The notes below the pieces were generated by a model. That model searched no databases. It was not told where the DNA came from and worked only from the letters and a program-made list of their open reading frames with translations. This document shows, one piece after another, positions 57,155 to 63,911 of a DNA stretch of 64,000 bases. The stretch spans positions 1 to 64,000 of the IMG/VR virus record IMGVR_UViG_3300025127_000017. One strand, given 5' to 3'. The stretch's first letter is position 1. Every line of letters starts with the position of its first letter. This DNA is from a virus. Both the position numbers and the translations under genes were made by a program.

Positions 57155-57258
57155 TTCTTCTCACCAGTAATCAAATCCTTTTTCTGTTTCTTTTCTTCTT
57201 CGTCTAATTCTTTAGACTTTGCATCAAACCATTGGTCAAGTAATTTGCAACGTGTCAT
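57151..57258 (-). CDS. Possible 35-aa protein (MTRCKLLDQWFDAKSKELDEEEKKQKKDLITGEKK)
   Basis: I translated this ORF by hand. It is ATGA-coupled at both ends and fills the gap. Confidence 0.3.
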   Translation of the reverse strand: MTRCKLLDQWFDAKSKELDEEEKKQKKDLITGEKK

Positions 57259-57599
57259 TCAATATCCCCCATATTATCAAGTGGTAGAGTAACAACATAA
57301 AGTCCTTCTTTTGCTAACCTTTCCTTAAATTCCTTAGTTTTATAGGTATCAAAAACAGGTGTTGTTCCCTGTCCTTTTGGTCGTCCTTCATTGTCTACTC
57401 CTGTACTTTCTACATTATTAGGGTCTAAATCCATAAGTTTCTGCCTTAACAAAAAATCATATAGAATCTTATATGAAGAAAATGCTTTAACAGGATAACC
57501 TTCGTCGGGCGTATAATCTGGTGGCCCACTATCAGTATCTCTGCTTTTGAATAATATATAAACCATTCCACTTCTTTTAATTAAACTCTCCCAACTCAT
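57255..57599 (-). CDS. Hypothetical protein (114 aa), leader MSWESLIK
   Basis: The ATG at 57599 follows GGTGATTAAA. The track start is the GTG inside the SD. Confidence 0.55.
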   Translation of the reverse strand: MSWESLIKRSGMVYILFKSRDTDSGPPDYTPDEGYPVKAFSSYKILYDFLLRQKLMDLDPNNVESTGVDNEGRPKGQGTTPVFDTYKTKEFKERLAKEGLYVVTLPLDNMGDIE

Positions 57600-57608
57600 T
57601 TTAATCAC

Positions 57609-57839
57609 CTACTCATAAACAAATCTCATTTCATAATCTACATTCGGGTTTAATCTTACAAGTTCATCTAATGACATTGATTCATCTCCCTTTTCCGTAT
57701 GTTTTAGAATTTGTTCTTTTAATGTTTCTTTACTTTTATAGAGTCCAGACATTTTACCTGTTCCTTTCTTGACGTTCAGTTCATAGACTCTCATAACAAC
57801 ATCTGGATATTCGCTTTTAATTATATCTTCCCAAATCAT
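57609..57839 (-). CDS. Hypothetical protein (76 aa), leader MIWEDIIK
   Basis: It has the leader motif plus the conserved junction block. Confidence 0.55.
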   Translation of the reverse strand: MIWEDIIKSEYPDVVMRVYELNVKKGTGKMSGLYKSKETLKEQILKHTEKGDESMSLDELVRLNPNVDYEMRFVYE

Positions 57840-57851
57840 TGTAATCTCTCC
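57836..57851 (-). repeat. Junction block GGAGAGATTACAATGA, copy 1
   Basis: The plus strand reads tcattgtaatctctcc. The block covers the SD and the ATG of the 57839 gene. Confidence 0.85.
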
Positions 57852-58114
57852 TAAATTGATTCAAGTTCTTTAATGTAATCCTTCGCTGATTTAATATAGG
57901 GGGTTGCATCTTGTCCGTCAGAAAATTTACCATCTTTAGGAACAGTTGCTAAATTGGCTTTTATTTCTCCAATTTCAAATTCAATATATTCATCAACTGA
58001 TGATTCATCAAATCCATCAGTAGCCCATTCAGAATATGCTTCATCCATATATTTTTTTATAACTCTTCTCAACTTTTCAAGTCTACTTTCTTTTACTATT
58101 TCTTTCCAACTCAT
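57851..58114 (-). CDS. Hypothetical protein (87 aa), leader MSWKEIVK
   Basis: It has the leader motif plus the conserved junction block. Confidence 0.55.
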   Translation of the reverse strand: MSWKEIVKESRLEKLRRVIKKYMDEAYSEWATDGFDESSVDEYIEFEIGEIKANLATVPKDGKFSDGQDATPYIKSAKDYIKELESI

Positions 58115-58126
58115 TGTAATCTCTCC
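58111..58126 (-). repeat. Junction block GGAGAGATTACAATGA, copy 2
   Basis: The 16-mer is exact. It also encodes the upstream C-terminus ...ERLQ*. Confidence 0.85.
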
Positions 58127-58305
58127 TTAAATTCTTCTGCGTATCTCAATGCTTCTCTAAATCTGCTTAATACCGAACCAGCAATATTAGGTCTTTCTCT
58201 ATTCGTTTCATCCAACATTTCTATTTCACCTTCTAAAAGGCGAATGATTAGATTCATTTTTTCTACATCGGTCATTTGTTTTCTAATTGTATCTTCCCAA
58301 CTCAT
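58111..58305 (-). CDS. Hypothetical protein (64 aa), leader MSWEDTIR
   Basis: I moved the start to 58305, guided by the leader, the junction block and the upstream stop at 58322. Confidence 0.5.
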   Translation of the reverse strand: MSWEDTIRKQMTDVEKMNLIIRLLEGEIEMLDETNRERPNIAGSVLSRFREALRYAEEFKERLQ

Positions 58306-58317
58306 TGTAATCTCTCC
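58302..58317 (-). repeat. Junction block GGAGAGATTACAATGA, copy 3
   Basis: The 16-mer is exact. At this site it is intergenic. Confidence 0.85.
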
Positions 58318-58321
58318 TGCA

Positions 58322-58621
58322 CTAATTAAATAATTTTGCAAAAATCCTTTTATATAATTTATCTACTTTATCATAAAGTTTAGAAGAAACTACTTTTTTT
58401 GTATAGTCTCTTAATTCCATAATACGCAAAATATTAGTGCCTTTCTCTATATCTTTTTCTACTCTATCCATTGCTATTTTAATATTATCTTTATGAAATT
58501 GATTAATGTTACTCCCTACTTCTAAATCATCATAAAATTTATTAAACTCTTTAATAAATTCTTTACTTTCAGAAATTAAATCTTTTTCTTGTATATTTTT
58601 AATTATATCTTTCCAAGTCAT
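58322..58621 (-). CDS. Hypothetical protein (99 aa), leader MTWKDIIK
   Basis: It has the leader motif plus the conserved junction block. Confidence 0.55.
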   Translation of the reverse strand: MTWKDIIKNIQEKDLISESKEFIKEFNKFYDDLEVGSNINQFHKDNIKIAMDRVEKDIEKGTNILRIMELRDYTKKVVSSKLYDKVDKLYKRIFAKLFN

Positions 58622-58633
58622 TGTAATCTCTCC
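58618..58633 (-). repeat. Junction block GGAGAGATTACAATGA, copy 4
   Basis: The 16-mer is exact. It also encodes the upstream C-terminus ...ERLQ*. Confidence 0.85.
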
Positions 58634-59283
58634 TGCATTTCTTTCTTAATCTCAAGCCAAACTTCAGGATTGTTCTGAGCAAGAACTTCTTGAACAATTT
58701 GCATCTGTGCGAATATAACTGTGTCTTGTCTCTTATGAACCAATTTACCTTTAAACTCCATAAGATACTTTAATGACTCTCTAATCTCTCTTGCGAGTTT
58801 TGTCAAACTATCAATCACCTTTGGGTCTAAATCATCCATAGCGAATACTTCATCTAATTTCATATCTAAGCGTTGAACATTCGCTGAAAGTAAATCAACT
58901 TCATTTACTTCTTTTTTCGCTATTAAGGAGGCCGCAGATTTCTGCACCAATGGCGTTAAGTGGTGCTTCATGTGTCGTTGCACCTGTTGTTTTGTTGTAC
59001 CTAATGCTTCGGAAACTGCATCACTTGTGATATTACCTTCAGATAAGGCTATTTCATAGTGTTTCCTCATAGGGTCTGTGCATAGAACACATCGAGGATT
59101 TGAACTCATCTCATAATTACCCATGTGATTTCTTTGATGCTGTGCCGCAGTTCCACTTCTCCAACCGTTGTTTGCGTCTAAAACGTCGCAACTGGTTTGT
59201 CCTGTCTCTAACATGGATTCAAGTTCTTCCCTATCCTCATGCTGGCAAAATCCACAACGCTTACGAGTAACCATTTTATTCAC
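58618..59283 (-). CDS. Zinc-finger / HTH-like DNA-binding protein (221 aa)
   Basis: It contains CGFCQHED...CVLC and an HTH-like segment SDAVSEALGTTKQQVQRHMKHH. Its function is unknown; regulator and small terminase are both candidates. Confidence 0.45.
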   Translation of the reverse strand: MNKMVTRKRCGFCQHEDREELESMLETGQTSCDVLDANNGWRSGTAAQHQRNHMGNYEMSSNPRCVLCTDPMRKHYEIALSEGNITSDAVSEALGTTKQQVQRHMKHHLTPLVQKSAASLIAKKEVNEVDLLSANVQRLDMKLDEVFAMDDLDPKVIDSLTKLAREIRESLKYLMEFKGKLVHKRQDTVIFAQMQIVQEVLAQNNPEVWLEIKKEMQERLQ

Positions 59284-59286
59284 CTC

Positions 59287-60354
59287 TCACAATATCATCT
59301 TCCATGATTTAAGAACAATAGGTTCTCCGCTTGGTGATTTTCTATCCTTTAATTCAGAAGTTCTTGTAACTACCGCTAATTCAATTAATCTCTTCATAGC
59401 AGGTTTTGTCAAGTCTAATTGAACTTGGCCCAAATCCCCCGCAAGAACTTCTCCATAAAGAATAACGCTAAGTTTTTCTGCTGATTGTTCACTTAACTCA
59501 ATAACCTTACTTTTAAGTTCAGTTCTTGCATTATTTGTCTTAAAATCCCCACCGTCAAACAATGCTCTTCTTTTCAAAAGACCAGAAATAACTCTTCTAA
59601 TTTCAGGAACCCTTGCTAATTTGTTTGCTTGTCGTAATTTAGTAATCGTAACATCATATCCCTTTGTTTCAAGTTCTTTAATGGCTGCTTTAATAATTGG
59701 CAATAACCCATCCTGTCCAGCATATTTTTCGTAAAGTGCCATATAAAGTGGAGGTTTTGCAGTATTCTTTTCATCACTTGACCACTCCTTTTTCCAACCG
59801 CTTAAACTAATACCTTTTTTACCTTCAGTTGCTTCATTGATTTTATTCCTTGCTCGGAAATAAGAAGTTTTATCTGTTCCTACATCGACAAAATGTCCAT
59901 AATAATCAACAGGGTCGTCATCAGTAATAATTATTCTTTTACCATCTTTGCTAACTCTCCATTCTTTAGGTTTTGTAAATTTGACATTCTGTGGATTTAA
60001 GATAGGACTTGCTAGAAAACCCTCTAGTATGTCTTCAAACTTCTTCAATAGTTGTAAATCTTCTTTTGTAAAAATTTGCTTGCCTTGCATAATTAGTTCT
60101 TCAATATCGGCAATTACTGTAAAAGCCCCCTTACTTCCAGAATTTCTAGACCTTCCTCTTCTAGTAGCAGTATTAACATGACTATCAACGGTTTCATAAA
60201 GGTCTTTGGTAGAATAAATAGAACCCGCAGAAACTCCTTTCATAGTTTCTTTCCACTTGTTATAATTAGTAACAAACTCGTAAGGAGTAAATTCAATAGT
60301 AGTCCCATTCAAAGAAACAACATTCTTCTTAGTCTTCTTGACCAAATTCTTCAT
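59287..60354 (-). CDS. Hypothetical protein (355 aa)
   Basis: It is a long ORF in the operon orientation. Confidence 0.6.
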   Translation of the reverse strand: MKNLVKKTKKNVVSLNGTTIEFTPYEFVTNYNKWKETMKGVSAGSIYSTKDLYETVDSHVNTATRRGRSRNSGSKGAFTVIADIEELIMQGKQIFTKEDLQLLKKFEDILEGFLASPILNPQNVKFTKPKEWRVSKDGKRIIITDDDPVDYYGHFVDVGTDKTSYFRARNKINEATEGKKGISLSGWKKEWSSDEKNTAKPPLYMALYEKYAGQDGLLPIIKAAIKELETKGYDVTITKLRQANKLARVPEIRRVISGLLKRRALFDGGDFKTNNARTELKSKVIELSEQSAEKLSVILYGEVLAGDLGQVQLDLTKPAMKRLIELAVVTRTSELKDRKSPSGEPIVLKSWKMIL

Positions 60355-60838
60355 CCTCCTTTTTCTTTGAATATCTTACGTTAATAATTGCAGGTGTAGC
60401 AGTAGTTACTGCACCTCCCGCCTTTAACGAATTAAACCATGAAAGTTGTTCTTCTGAAGTAGCCTTTGAAAAATCAAGGCCATCAATGTCAAACTTCTCA
60501 AAGGTTTCATTATCTTGTAAAAACTCAAGTAATTCATTTACAATTTTCTTTAAATTATAAACTGGTCTTCCTAGTTTCTTTTCTTCATTAAATGAACCAT
60601 TGTGAGTAAAGATAAAGAATTCACCCTTTTTATTTTGCTTTAATTTAACATTTCCAGCATCATAGTTAAGATGTATTTCTTGCCTAATCGGTGATTTTCT
60701 TTTCTTTTCGCCAACAGTAGATATAGGTGGTCTTTTTACAATATCAATATCTCCACCTAATTCATCTTGCAAATGCTCCATAAAGCCCATAGCATCAGAA
60801 GGTGAGAAATCAACTTTAAGTAAGTCAAACCAATTCAT
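60329..60838 (-). CDS. Hypothetical protein (169 aa), leader MNWFDLLK
   Basis: It has the leader motif. Confidence 0.55.
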   Translation of the reverse strand: MNWFDLLKVDFSPSDAMGFMEHLQDELGGDIDIVKRPPISTVGEKKRKSPIRQEIHLNYDAGNVKLKQNKKGEFFIFTHNGSFNEEKKLGRPVYNLKKIVNELLEFLQDNETFEKFDIDGLDFSKATSEEQLSWFNSLKAGGAVTTATPAIINVRYSKKKEDEEFGQED

Positions 60839-60840
60839 AA

Positions 60841-61119
60841 TTAATCCTCTATTTCCGCCTCAACTTTCATTTTTATTAATGCGCTAGTAAATTCTTTGAG
60901 AACTTCTATTACTTCATATGAATCAAGGTCTAACGAACTCATTGGGCGGTGTCCATCAATGACTTCACTCATTATATCATGTCCTATTATTTCTAAATGC
61001 AAAATTGCTTTTTGTAGTGATTTATACGCAGTTGGTAGTTCTTTCATAAAATCAGCACGACTTGTTTTAAATCGAGAGGATAGGTCATCTTCTTTCTTAA
61101 TTTCATCTTTCCATGTCAT
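60841..61119 (-). CDS. Hypothetical protein (92 aa), leader MTWKDEIKK
   Basis: It has the leader motif. Its 5' block of 35 nt is identical to that of the next gene upstream. Confidence 0.55.
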   Translation of the reverse strand: MTWKDEIKKEDDLSSRFKTSRADFMKELPTAYKSLQKAILHLEIIGHDIMSEVIDGHRPMSSLDLDSYEVIEVLKEFTSALIKMKVEAEIED

Positions 61120-61123
61120 AATA

Positions 61124-61387
61124 TCACGACTCTCCTATATCAATGAAGTGTTTTTCAATCATATCTTTAATCTTAAATATAAGTTTATGTGTTGGTTCTC
61201 GTTCTAATTTACCAGATGCAGAACCATATTTCGCAGGTCTTTTTGCAGGATTTAATCTTCTTTCGCTATCATATGGAGAATAATGTTGAGATTTCCACTC
61301 TTCAATAACCCTTAGACATTCATCTAAAGCGTCAAGTGCTTTCTCTCTTGATTCGTCGTTTTTCTTAATTTCATCTTTCCATGTCAT
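61124..61387 (-). CDS. Hypothetical protein (87 aa), leader MTWKDEIKK
   Basis: It has the leader motif and is preceded by the 28-nt intergenic repeat. Confidence 0.55.
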   Translation of the reverse strand: MTWKDEIKKNDESREKALDALDECLRVIEEWKSQHYSPYDSERRLNPAKRPAKYGSASGKLEREPTHKLIFKIKDMIEKHFIDIGES

Positions 61388-61400
61388 AATATCACCTTAA

Positions 61401-61428
61401 TTTTCTCAAAATTTGGGCTGGAATTTTT
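61401..61428 (-). repeat. 28-nt intergenic element, copy a (plus strand ttttctcaaaatttgggctggaattttt)
   Basis: It lies in the 39-nt gap upstream of the start at 61387. Confidence 0.85.
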
Positions 61429-61924
61429 ATTGGTCAAAACCGCCCCTGTCCTTAAACTCTTTATAGGCAATTTCCCAGTTTTTAATATATTCAGTCGCTA
61501 CTCTCGAAGCATCCATCATATTGCGAATGTATTCTGTTTTTATCTCAAGAGGTTTAGGATTATCTTTTTCTCTAACACCGAACCTTGATAGATTCATTCC
61601 TGATGGAATTCTAGCAACAATTAAATCTTCTTCAAATAAACCTATTTCTAATTCTTCAAAGAATTCACTTCTATAAAAATTCACTCCATCTAATAGTTTC
61701 TTATATTCCTTTTTAGGAGCGATAAAAAATTCATTACTATAAGCATCTCTTCCTGTTGAAATTTTACTGACGTTAAAATCTTCTTTCTTAAAAAATGCTA
61801 AAACTTCATTATACAATTTCTTAACAGTTTCTTTTCTATCATCATCAATTACATCTGGTGCAAATCGCTTTGCATCTCTTATTGCGTCTTCTGTTTTTAT
61901 TTTAAGTATATCTTGCCAATTCAT
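61427..61924 (-). CDS. Hypothetical protein (165 aa), leader MNWQDILK
   Basis: I moved the start to 61924. The track extension to 61987 reads through the intergenic repeat. Confidence 0.55.
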   Translation of the reverse strand: MNWQDILKIKTEDAIRDAKRFAPDVIDDDRKETVKKLYNEVLAFFKKEDFNVSKISTGRDAYSNEFFIAPKKEYKKLLDGVNFYRSEFFEELEIGLFEEDLIVARIPSGMNLSRFGVREKDNPKPLEIKTEYIRNMMDASRVATEYIKNWEIAYKEFKDRGGFDQ

Positions 61925-61937
61925 CTTAATCAACTCG

Positions 61938-61967
61938 TTTTTCTCAAAATTTGGGCTGGAATTTTTT
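61938..61967 (-). repeat. 28-nt intergenic element, copy b
   Basis: Its core is identical to copy a. It lies in the 43-nt gap upstream of the start at 61924. Confidence 0.85.
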
Positions 61968-62186
61968 TCAAACTTCTTTGAGAACATCTCTTAGTGCGTC
62001 TTCTGCCTTTTCTAAAGCATTAAGAGCCTCTCTAATTGGTCTTTCTGCTCTTGGAGGTAAAGGAATATACATTTCCATTGTTGATAATCTTTTTTCCATA
62101 TTGTCGATTTCTGTGAGAAATCTTTTAATATTCTTTTCTAGTTGCACATCTCTTGGGTGTCGTTTAATGACTTTTTCTTTCCACAT
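61968..62186 (-). CDS. Hypothetical protein (72 aa), leader MWKEKVIK
   Basis: The ATG at 62186 follows AGTGATTATT. The track start is the GTG inside the SD. Confidence 0.5.
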   Translation of the reverse strand: MWKEKVIKRHPRDVQLEKNIKRFLTEIDNMEKRLSTMEMYIPLPPRAERPIREALNALEKAEDALRDVLKEV

Positions 62187-62195
62187 AATAATCAC

Positions 62196-62226
62196 TTTTT
62201 CTCAAAAAATGGGCTGGAATTTTTTT
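62196..62226 (-). repeat. 28-nt intergenic element, copy c (2 mismatches)
   Basis: The plus strand reads tttttctcaaaaaatgggctggaattttttt. It lies directly upstream of the start at 62186. Confidence 0.8.
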
Positions 62227-62307
62227 GGCACTTGCGTTTATAATTTTTTGTTAATAAATGTATTTCCAGAATAAAACCTTAACAATTAATTATTTATTTT
62301 TAATTAT

Positions 62308-62535
62308 TTATCTATATTCATCAAAACTGGTTTGTCTAGTATTAGGGTTTATAATATCAGTAACTTGTTTTTTAAGTTTATTTAAATTTGATTGTATTTC
62401 TTTTAATGCTAATAAATTAACGTTATTTCCTTCATTAATACCTTTTCTTTTGTTTTCTTTTATTATAAGGAGTATTTCGGTCATTTGTTTTGTAATAGTC
62501 TGTATATTGCTAATTACATCATCTTTTGTCGGCAT
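62308..62535 (-). CDS. Hypothetical coiled-coil protein (75 aa); first gene after the non-coding region
   Basis: Its composition is typical of the coding sequence here. I preferred it to the antisense ORF 62258-62623, which is Phe/Leu/Ile/Ser-rich and of low complexity. Confidence 0.5.
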   Translation of the reverse strand: MPTKDDVISNIQTITKQMTEILLIIKENKRKGINEGNNVNLLALKEIQSNLNKLKKQVTDIINPNTRQTSFDEYR

Positions 62536-62748
62536 ATATCTTGCCTCAAGGTTAGGTAGTTCAGTCTATATTATAAGCATTGTTAGGTTTAACATTTTAA
62601 CCATATCTTGCAAACTAATTTAACGCATTGATGCTAAATAGGTCGTTTAAACTTAATTATGCCTGCTAAATTGATTAATAATGCATTGTTAATGCTTAAA
62701 TGCTTAATGATGCATTGTTGATATATAAAAATAAAAATTGGAACAAAG

Positions 62749-62760
62749 CCATATGGTTGT
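62749..62760. repeat. CCATATGGTTGT motif, copy 1
   Basis: This is an exact 12-mer with a palindromic CCATATGG core. Confidence 0.8.
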
Positions 62761-62971
62761 ATATTATTTTTATTTAGAATAATGGGGTGTTAATATGCCA
62801 ATGCATAGTGCATAGCAAGGTTTTAATTTATTTATGGTATATTGATTAACGGCCTATTATTTTGGCTATAATTGACTTAATAAGAGTCATATCTATATAT
62901 TTCTAAGAATATCTATATAGATTACATATAATAGCACAATACCCTAATGCATAACGCATAAATTAACAATA

Positions 62972-62983
62972 CCATATGGTTGT
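62972..62983. repeat. CCATATGGTTGT motif, copy 2
   Basis: The 12-mer is exact. Confidence 0.8.
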
Positions 62984-63044
62984 TGAATTAATTAAACATT
63001 ATGTTCTTTCGATAATAGGTTGTTAATTCACAGGGAGGGTAGGG

Positions 63045-63064
63045 GCTAAAAAAAGGCCGAAGCC
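63045..63064 (-). terminator. Short hairpin (GGC-UUCG-GCC) plus U7, downstream of the 63115 gene
   Basis: The minus strand reads GGCTTCGGCCTTTTTTT. The stem is only 3 bp, so the T-run is the main argument. Confidence 0.35.
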
Positions 63065-63114
63065 AAGCAGTTTTTATGGTCTTGCTTAGGACACGCACGT
63101 TTAAGGTTATTTGC

Positions 63115-63462
63115 TCAAAGTTGAGCCTTATTCTTCAAATGAGGAAAGGCCTCAAGCATTGCCTTCTCGCATTGAAGAAGGGTTAATTGAGTCGAGAACT
63201 TAGCCTCGCTATCAATCAAAGCCTGTTGAAAGGTTTTCAACGCCAAAAGAGCATATTCATGTTGAGGGATAGGGAAACCCAAGTCAAAACGGTTAAAATC
63301 CTGCAATTCATCACAACGAACAATAAATCGCTCTTTATCGAATCGAGGGTTTAATGTTTCCAAAACACCACATAATCGTTCAACCATGTGGTCGTTTGTT
63401 CCCATTAGTTCTTCACTAGCCACCCATTCAGCAATTGCTTCAAAATCCTTTCTTGATACCAT
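63115..63462 (-). CDS. Hypothetical protein (115 aa) in the higher-GC segment
   Basis: The ORF has balanced composition and is coupled to the upstream ORF. Confidence 0.55.
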   Translation of the reverse strand: MVSRKDFEAIAEWVASEELMGTNDHMVERLCGVLETLNPRFDKERFIVRCDELQDFNRFDLGFPIPQHEYALLALKTFQQALIDSEAKFSTQLTLLQCEKAMLEAFPHLKNKAQL

Positions 63463-63671
63463 TATTCTTCCTCTCCTTTGAGTTTAGACCTTTCAAATTT
63501 TTTAAGCCATACTCTTGCCATAAATTTTACCCATTTAACTGGCTCATTGAGTTCTTCGGCTAAACAATGAGGACAAACCGCTTCTTTGTCATTTATCCAC
63601 ATCATTTCTTCTTCATGAGTTCTGCAATACATAGAAACCGAACCCAGTTTTAATTCAAAATCTTCGCTCAT
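63462..63671 (-). CDS. Hypothetical protein (69 aa; C...CPHC)
   Basis: The ORF is in the operon orientation and is ATGA-coupled upstream. Confidence 0.5.
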   Translation of the reverse strand: MSEDFELKLGSVSMYCRTHEEEMMWINDKEAVCPHCLAEELNEPVKWVKFMARVWLKKFERSKLKGEEE

Positions 63672-63814
63672 TCTTCATCACCGTCTATTCTTGTGAGTTC
63701 TTCCCATCGGGATAAAGTCTCAGCGGCAGCCATCAAATAATCAATGTGAATCTTGATGGCTTCTTTCAGTGTTGCTCTTCTGTGTCGTATTTGTGTTTCT
63801 ACTTCCTTTTTCAT
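63668..63814 (-). CDS. Hypothetical protein (48 aa, MKKEVETQIRHRRATLKEAIKIH...)
   Basis: I translated this ORF by hand. A GGTGA SD lies 6 nt upstream, and the ORF is ATGA-coupled to the next gene. Confidence 0.4.
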   Translation of the reverse strand: MKKEVETQIRHRRATLKEAIKIHIDYLMAAAETLSRWEELTRIDGDEE

Positions 63815-63840
63815 GGTTTTCACCGTTTATAGGTTTCATA

Positions 63841-63911
63841 GGGTATATTTAAGGTTCTGTCCCAAAGTGCATTACCATATGGTTGTCTTTGACAACCCTA
63901 CTATATACCCT
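63841..63911 (-). promoter_or_regulatory. Promoter/operator-like region: TATA-like TTAAATATA, a 7-3-7 palindrome and flanking inverted repeats
   Basis: GGTTGTC-TTT-GACAACC lies at 63881-63897. GGGTATAT (63841-63848) is the inverted repeat of ATATACCC (63904-63911). The minus-strand TTAAATATA lies about 35 nt upstream of the ATG at 63814. Confidence 0.35.
63875..63886. repeat. CCATATGGTTGT motif, copy 3
   Basis: The 12-mer is exact. It overlaps the 7-3-7 palindrome. Confidence 0.8.

Larger units (their letters stand above)
62536..63114. other. Largest non-coding region: AT-rich and repeat-rich (candidate origin, packaging or early-control region)
   Basis: It has no credible ORF. ATGCATTGTT occurs twice (62681, 62710) and AATGCTTAA twice (62691, 62699). 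TGCATAG is tandem (62802, 62809) and GCATAA near-tandem (62949, 62956). ATCTATATA occurs twice (62891, 62911) and CCATATGGTTGT twice. Confidence 0.6.

Noticed and set aside
61401-62226. The three 28-nt repeats as a CRISPR array
   Set aside because: There are only three copies, spaced about 510 and 230 bp apart, with protein-coding genes between them. I see no cas genes apart from a stand-alone Cas4-like nuclease 50 kb away in the replication module.
62258-62623. Plus-strand 121-aa ORF spanning the edge of the non-coding region
   Set aside because: Its translation is extremely Phe/Leu/Ile/Ser-rich and of low complexity, and it runs against the operon orientation. The antisense 75-aa ORF (62308-62535) has normal composition.
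63030-63100. A possible tRNA or small RNA in the GC-richer patch CAGGGAGGGTAGGGGCT...GGCCGAAGCC
   Set aside because: I could not draw a cloverleaf: there is no acceptor stem pairing and no T-loop GTTCRANNC. The only structure is a 3-bp hairpin followed by a T-run on the minus strand, which I treated as a weak terminator instead.
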